Below, piece by piece: positions 48,008 to 53,304 of a stretch of 53,304 nucleotides of DNA. A model generated the notes under the pieces. That model worked only from the letters and a program-made list of their open reading frames with translations. It was not told where the DNA came from and made no database searches. The stretch lies in sequence record DRR723986_3145. One strand, 5' to 3'. Each line of letters starts with the position of its first letter. Positions within the stretch are counted from its first letter, which is position 1. The position numbers and the translations under genes were made by a program.

Positions 48008-48125
48008 ATGGCGCTATCCGGACCGGGGAGTCGGCCGGTCGCAGTGGGTAAAACAGGACAGCCGCGCAACCCTGCACGGGCCGGATGCCTTACCTGCGGA
48101 GAACTGCGAACCGGATAGTCGCTAT
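48008..48125 (-). ncRNA. Candidate structured RNA / 5' leader of the FKBP gene
   Basis: Nested stems: closing stem 48008-21/48111-25, 48039-45/48103-09, 48047-55/48086-94, apical hairpin 48062-79, side hairpin 48022-39; minus-strand TAGTAT just upstream. Confidence 0.5.
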
Positions 48126-48158
48126 GGCGCAGATACTACTATTACCGGGGTGCCACGG

Positions 48159-48641
48159 CTAGCCCCCAGCGCCCGCGCGGGCAAAGGCCGCGAGCAGCGC
48201 GCTATGGTGTGCTTGCCAGGGCTGCTCACTGCCGAGGCTCGTGGCCAGCAGGCAGCGCAGGTTGTGGTCGAGGACATCGCCAGCTGCCGGCAGCGGCTCC
48301 GCACGCTGGTGATAGTCCCAGAGCTGCTCCTGTTCCCGACGCTCGGCGGCAAGCTCAAGCTCGCCGATGCTGCTGCGCAATGCCGCCGCCTCCGCCAGGC
48401 CGCGCCAGTCCCGACGCAGCGCCCGCAGCGGCTGGATGACCCGGGTGCGCCATTCGCGAACCGCCCGGTCCGCTCCACGCAGATGGTCCGGGGTCAGGCT
48501 CAGCTGGCGCGATGCCAGCCAGCCTGCATACAGGACCAGATTGATATCCATGCCGCAATCATCCTGTGCGGCAAGACAGGCCTCGGCCACCGCCGCATCC
48601 GCGTACAGTGCCAGGGAGTAGTCCCAGATCGGGTTCGACAT
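48159..48641 (-). CDS. TIGR02444 family protein
   Basis: IWDYSLALY...ACLAAQD..GMDINLVL...PLRALRR...ELAAERREQ; typical position beside yheS. Confidence 0.88.
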   Translation of the reverse strand: MSNPIWDYSLALYADAAVAEACLAAQDDCGMDINLVLYAGWLASRQLSLTPDHLRGADRAVREWRTRVIQPLRALRRDWRGLAEAAALRSSIGELELAAERREQEQLWDYHQRAEPLPAAGDVLDHNLRCLLATSLGSEQPWQAHHSALLAAFARAGAGG

Positions 48642-48690
48642 GCGATGCCCTGTGGTTCGAGTGCGGTTACAGGCTTACAATGCGCCCGCC

Positions 48691-50574
48691 ATGATCATAC
48701 TACGGGACATCGCCCTGCGCCGAGGCAGCAAACTGCTGCTGGAAGGAGCCAACGTCACCTTGCAACCGGGCCAGCACCTCGCGCTGATCGGCGCCAACGG
48801 CTGCGGCAAATCCAGCCTGTTCGCCCTGTTGCTGGGCGAGCTGGCGGCGGATGCCGGGGATATCGAAGGCCTGCATCAGCTGCGGCTGGCGCACATGGCC
48901 CAGGAAACTTTTGCCACCGGGCTCAGCGCGGCGGACTATGTGCTCGGCGGCGATGCCCCGGTAGCGGCATTGTGCAGCCAACTTCGAGACAGCGAAGCCG
49001 CTGGCGACTTCGAGGCCGCGGCCACGCTGCACCAGGCCCTCGACGAGATCGATGGTTACGGGGCGCAGCGGCGGGTCGAGCAGTTACTGCGCGGACTGGG
49101 TTTTGACACCGATGCGGGGCAGCGCCCGGTAAGCGACTTTTCCGGCGGCTGGCGCATTCGGCTCAATCTTGCGCGGGCGCTTATGACCCCCTCGGACCTG
49201 ATGCTGCTGGACGAGCCGACCAACCACCTGGACCTGGATACCACGATCTGGCTGCAGGGCTGGCTGCAGAACTACCAGGGCACCCTGTTGATGATCTCCC
49301 ACGACCGGGATTTCATCGACCAGACCTGCGAACGGGTACTGCATATCGAGGGGCAACGGCTGTGGTCCTACAAGGGCAACTACTCGGAGTTCGAGCGACA
49401 CCGCGCCGAGCGCATCGCCAACGAGCAGGCCAGCCACGAAAAACAACAGCGGCGGGCTGCAGACATCGAGGATTTCGTCCGCCGCTTCCGCTACAAGGCC
49501 ACCAAGGCGCGCCAGGCGCAGAGCCGGCTCAAGGAACTGGAGCGGATGCAGCTGACGGCTCCAGCCCACCTCGACTCGCCCTTCGATTTCCGCTTCCTGC
49601 CGCCAGAGCGCAGCAGTGACCCCATCGTCCGCATGGATGAGGCCGACCTGGGCTATACCGGCAAGCCGGTACTGCGCGGGGTGGAATTACAGCTCCGCCC
49701 CGGCGATCGCATCGGCCTGCTGGGGCGCAACGGCGCCGGCAAGAGCACCTTGCTGAAGAGCCTGTGCGGCAAACTGCCGCTGCTGGCGGGCGAGCGCCAG
49801 GCAGGCGCTCACTGCAACATCGGCTATTTCGACCAACAGCAGCTCGAGGTTCTCGACCTGCAGGCCAGCCCGGCACTGCACATCCAACGCCTGTCCCCCG
49901 ATGCCCGGGACCAGGCGATCCTGGATTTTCTCGGCGGCTTCGATTTTCGCGGTAGCGCTGCCACCACGGCGATTGCCCCCTTCTCCGGCGGCGAAAAGGC
50001 CCGCCTGGCACTGGCCATGGTGGTCTGGCAGCGACCCAACCTGCTGGTACTGGATGAGCCCACCAACCACCTCGACCTGGAGATGCGGCACGCTCTGGAG
50101 CTGGCCTTACAGAGCTATGAGGGTGCGCTGGTGCTGGTTAGTCACGACCGCCACCTGCTGCGCAATACGGCAGAGCAGCTACTGCTGGTGCACGACGGCG
50201 AGGTGGAAGAATGGCAGGAAGACCTGACCGCCTACGAGCAGTGGATTGTTTCTCGCCAGCAGGAGCCAGCCGCCGACCGAGGCACCGCCGGAGACAGTTC
50301 GCGACGGGAAAAAAGGCAGCAGGCGGCGGCCCAGCGAGAGCGCCTGCGACCGCTGAAACGCGACATCGAGCGCATCGAACGCAGCATGGCCGAAGTCGAC
50401 GGCGCGCTCAGGGAAGTGCAGGATCAACTCGCCGACAGCGAGCTGTACAGCGCTGACAACAAGACCCGGCTGGCTGGCCTGCTGCAACAGGAAGGCGAGC
50501 TGAAAACCCGCGCCGGCGAGCTCGATGACACCTGGCTCGCGCTGCAGGAGGAGTTGGAGTCAATCGTCGACTAG
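48691..50574 (+). CDS. yheS: ABC-F ATPase (YheS-like)
   Basis: Two ABC domains (GANGCGKS, FSGGWRIR, DEPTNHLD; GRNGAGKS, FSGGEKAR), KATKARQAQSR linker, no TM. Confidence 0.9.
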   Translation: MIILRDIALRRGSKLLLEGANVTLQPGQHLALIGANGCGKSSLFALLLGELAADAGDIEGLHQLRLAHMAQETFATGLSAADYVLGGDAPVAALCSQLRDSEAAGDFEAAATLHQALDEIDGYGAQRRVEQLLRGLGFDTDAGQRPVSDFSGGWRIRLNLARALMTPSDLMLLDEPTNHLDLDTTIWLQGWLQNYQGTLLMISHDRDFIDQTCERVLHIEGQRLWSYKGNYSEFERHRAERIANEQASHEKQQRRAADIEDFVRRFRYKATKARQAQSRLKELERMQLTAPAHLDSPFDFRFLPPERSSDPIVRMDEADLGYTGKPVLRGVELQLRPGDRIGLLGRNGAGKSTLLKSLCGKLPLLAGERQAGAHCNIGYFDQQQLEVLDLQASPALHIQRLSPDARDQAILDFLGGFDFRGSAATTAIAPFSGGEKARLALAMVVWQRPNLLVLDEPTNHLDLEMRHALELALQSYEGALVLVSHDRHLLRNTAEQLLLVHDGEVEEWQEDLTAYEQWIVSRQQEPAADRGTAGDSSRREKRQQAAAQRERLRPLKRDIERIERSMAEVDGALREVQDQLADSELYSADNKTRLAGLLQQEGELKTRAGELDDTWLALQEELESIVD

Positions 50575-50814
50575 CGCCAGCTTGGCGGCGCGGGACAGGC
50601 GCTTGATGTCCAGCTCACGGCGCAGGGCAGCACTCCGGTCAGACTCATTGCAAGACCAGAGCAGGGCCACCGGGCGACGGCCGCGGGTGTATTTCGGTCC
50701 GCCGGCGAGTTCGCCGTTGTGCTGGCGCAGACGCCGCTGCAGGTCACGGGCAATCCCGGTATACAAGGTGTCGTCCGCACAGCGCAGCAGGTACACCGAC
50801 CAGGTCTCAGCCAT
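50560..50814 (-). CDS. GIY-YIG nuclease family protein (YhbQ-like)
   Basis: WSVYLLRCADDTLYTGI...RRLRQHN...KYTRGRRP...ALRRE..IKRL. Confidence 0.92.
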   Translation of the reverse strand: MAETWSVYLLRCADDTLYTGIARDLQRRLRQHNGELAGGPKYTRGRRPVALLWSCNESDRSAALRRELDIKRLSRAAKLALVDD

Positions 50815-50831
50815 CGGCCCGACCCAGCCCC

Positions 50832-52967
50832 TTAGCCCCGGTTCCAGCTATGGAACCGCTCAACCCAGCGCAGCAGCGCCTCCGGCTTGCGCGCCTTGCG
50901 CCACTCACCGGCGAGGAATTTGTTGCTTTCGCTCATGGTCGGGTAGATATGAATGGTACCGAGGATCTTGTTGAGCCCGATCCCGTGTTTCATCGCCAGC
51001 ACAAACTCGCTGATCAGGTCGCCGGCGTGGTAGCCAACAATCGTCGCGCCGAGGATGCGGTCGCGTCCGGGCTCGGTCAGTACCTTGACGAAGCCGTGGG
51101 CTTCACCATCTGCAATGGCCCGATCGAGGTCGTCGATACCGTAACGGGTCACCTCGTAGTCGATGCCAGCCGCAAGCGCATCGCTTTCATTCAGGCCAAC
51201 CCGGGCGACCTCCGGGTCGGTAAAGGTTGCCCAGGGCACTACCGAGTAGTCGACCTTGAAGCGGCGGAAGCGGCCAAACAGGGCGTTTACCGCCGCGTAC
51301 CAGGCCTGGTGACTGGCCATGTGGGTGAACTGGTAAGGCCCGGCAATATCGCCGCAGGCGTAAATAGTCGGCACGGCGGTGCAGAGGTAGTCGTCGACCG
51401 CCACCGTGCCCTGCGGGGTGACCTGGATGCCCAGCTCCTCCAGCCCGAGGCCCTCGGTATTCGGTGTCCGCCCCACCGCCAGCAGCAGTCGGTCGAAGTC
51501 GATCGCCTGTTCACCATCGGCGGTGGTGAACAGGCCCCGCTGCTGCTGGCCCTCGCGGCTGAAGGCGCGGGCTTCGTAACCGCAGCAGACGGTGATGCCC
51601 TGCGCGGCAAAGGCCGCCGCCACCGCCGCCGACGCATCAGCATCTTCCCGGGGCATGATGCGCTGTGCATGGGTCACCAGGGTGACCCGGCTGCCGAGGC
51701 GGGCGAAGGCCTGGGCCAGTTCGCAGCCGATCGGCCCGGCGCCCAGCACCAGCAGGTGCCCGGGCGCATCCCGGATATCCCACAGTGTGTCAGACGTCAG
51801 GTAATCCAACTCGGCGAGTCCGGCGATCTCGGGTACCCGGGCCCGGGCACCGCTGGCAATGATGATATTGCGCGCGCTGATTACTGACCCGTTCACCTCG
51901 ACCTCCCAGGGCGATCGAATTCTCGCTTCGCCGGCCACGCAATCCACGCCGAGACCGGTGAAACGCTCCACCGAATCGTGCGGCTCGATAGCACGGATAG
52001 TGGCCTGCACGCGCTCCATGACGGCTCGAAAATCCGCCTTGACCTCCATCTGCTGCAGACCGAACTCGGGCGCGCGACGCGCATAATCGGCAATTCGCGC
52101 CGAGCGGATGATCGCCTTGCTCGGCACGCAGCCGGTATTGAGACAATCGCCGCCCATGCGGTGACGCTCGACCAGGGTGACCCGCGCCTTGACGGTTGCG
52201 GCGATCAGCGAGGCAACCAGCCCGGCGGAGCCGGCCCCGATGACCACAACATTGGTATCGAAACTCGCCGGGCGCTGATAGCCGGCCAGCGCGCGCCGCG
52301 AGCGCAGCTTCGCCACCAGCCACTTCGCCAGCAGGGGAAACAGGGCCAGCAGTACGAACGACCCCAGCAGTGACGGCGAAATGATGCCGGACAGGCCCTC
52401 GAGCTGGCCCAGTTGGGTACCCGCGTTCACGTAGACGGCGGTCGCCGGCAGCATGCCGAGCTGGGATACCCAGTAAAAGCGGACTGCGGGAATGGGCAGC
52501 AAGCCCATCAGCAGGTTGATGATGAAAAACGGGAAAACCGGCACCAGCCGCAGGGAAAACAGGTAAAACGCACCATCCCGCTCGAAGCCGGTGTTGACCG
52601 CACGCAGCTGGCGGCCGAAGCGCGCCTGTACCCAGTCACGCAACAGGATACGCGAAACCAGGAAGGCCAGCGTGGCACCAATGCTGCTGGCAAAAGAGAC
52701 CAGTAACAGGGCATACCAGAACCCAAACAAAGCGCCGCCGGCCAGGGTCATGATGGCCGCCCCCGGCAGCGACAGCGCGGTCACCAGGATATAGACGGCA
52801 AAGAACGCAATGCCCGCGAGACCCGGGTTGGCGTCCTTCCAGCTGCGCCATTCACCGATTTTCGCCTGCGCCACATCGAGACTCAGGTAGCTGCCGAGAT
52901 CGAGGTAAAACCAGCCTGAGAGGGCGAGCGCCAGCAGCAGTAACACCACCAGTTGTTTCTTGTTCAA
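50832..52967 (-). CDS. DedA/TVP38-domain fused pyridine nucleotide-disulfide oxidoreductase
   Basis: N-terminal LSLPGA...[48 protein letters not shown] start after GAGGAG. Confidence 0.92.
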   Translation of the reverse strand: MNKKQLVVLLLLALALSGWFYLDLGSYLSLDVAQAKIGEWRSWKDANPGLAGIAFFAVYILVTALSLPGAAIMTLAGGALFGFWYALLLVSFASSIGATLAFLVSRILLRDWVQARFGRQLRAVNTGFERDGAFYLFSLRLVPVFPFFIINLLMGLLPIPAVRFYWVSQLGMLPATAVYVNAGTQLGQLEGLSGIISPSLLGSFVLLALFPLLAKWLVAKLRSRRALAGYQRPASFDTNVVVIGAGSAGLVASLIAATVKARVTLVERHRMGGDCLNTGCVPSKAIIRSARIADYARRAPEFGLQQMEVKADFRAVMERVQATIRAIEPHDSVERFTGLGVDCVAGEARIRSPWEVEVNGSVISARNIIIASGARARVPEIAGLAELDYLTSDTLWDIRDAPGHLLVLGAGPIGCELAQAFARLGSRVTLVTHAQRIMPREDADASAAVAAAFAAQGITVCCGYEARAFSREGQQQRGLFTTADGEQAIDFDRLLLAVGRTPNTEGLGLEELGIQVTPQGTVAVDDYLCTAVPTIYACGDIAGPYQFTHMASHQAWYAAVNALFGRFRRFKVDYSVVPWATFTDPEVARVGLNESDALAAGIDYEVTRYGIDDLDRAIADGEAHGFVKVLTEPGRDRILGATIVGYHAGDLISEFVLAMKHGIGLNKILGTIHIYPTMSESNKFLAGEWRKARKPEALLRWVERFHSWNRG

Positions 52968-53196
52968 TGCAAGCTCCTCGATGCACGGGGCGCGCATCGC
53001 CCCAATCCTTGCGACAGCATACTACGGTCGATCGGTGATTGCGGTTTTCCCTGGCGCCGCGCCGGATAGACCGAGTCGACATAAGTGCATGACCAATTAC
53101 TCTAGCGCCCCCGTTGTCCCGGGGAACACCGGTGGTATCATTGCCTCCTTTGAAGCCCCGGTGTGCCACTGGCCCACCGACCAACTGGAGAAGACA

Positions 53197-53304
53197 ATGA
53201 ACGACAAGATCGTACACGTCAGTGACGCGACGTTTGATCAGGAAGTACTGAACTCAGACCTGCCGGTGCTGGTGGATTTCTGGGCCGAGTGGTGTGGCCC
53301 CTGC
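53197..53304 (+). CDS. trxA: Thioredoxin (partial, runs off window)
   Basis: Translates as [43 protein letters not shown]. Confidence 0.96.
   Translation, partial: MNDKIVHVSDATFDQEVLNSDLPVLVDFWAEWCGPC

Noticed and set aside
50560-50814. GIY-YIG protein as a homing endonuclease or mobile element
   Set aside because: 84-aa stand-alone YhbQ-type domain with no intron, terminal repeats or compositional shift

Overview
GC-rich, gene-dense bacterial chromosome segment with about 52 CDS. I found no rRNA, tRNA, CRISPR array, prophage or IS element. Gene content and synteny (gshA-acpH-rsd-FKBP-TIGR02444-yheS, hslO-pckA, phasin-phasin-PhaD-like TetR, pilU, trxA) point to a gammaproteobacterium. The many Actinobacteria-like lipid/steroid enzymes suggest Cellvibrionales/Halieaceae (inference). 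Housekeeping genes (dinG, dgkA, rpsT, hslO, pckA, moaA, gshA, rsd, trxA) are interleaved with two RND pump pairs and lipid/redox genes. The best candidate for an undescribed system is the three-gene operon at 16334-19497: a FecR-like domain appears split between a small secreted protein and an OmpA-like peptidoglycan-binding protein, upstream of a CHASE2 receptor with a degenerate HD-GYP output. Other leads are a ~118-nt highly structured RNA leader of the FKBP gene, a PqiA-like/secreted START/Rieske cluster, a moaA-CoxD-CoxE operon, and a phasin pair with histone-like tails. All family calls come from motif recognition by eye; no database searches were run.
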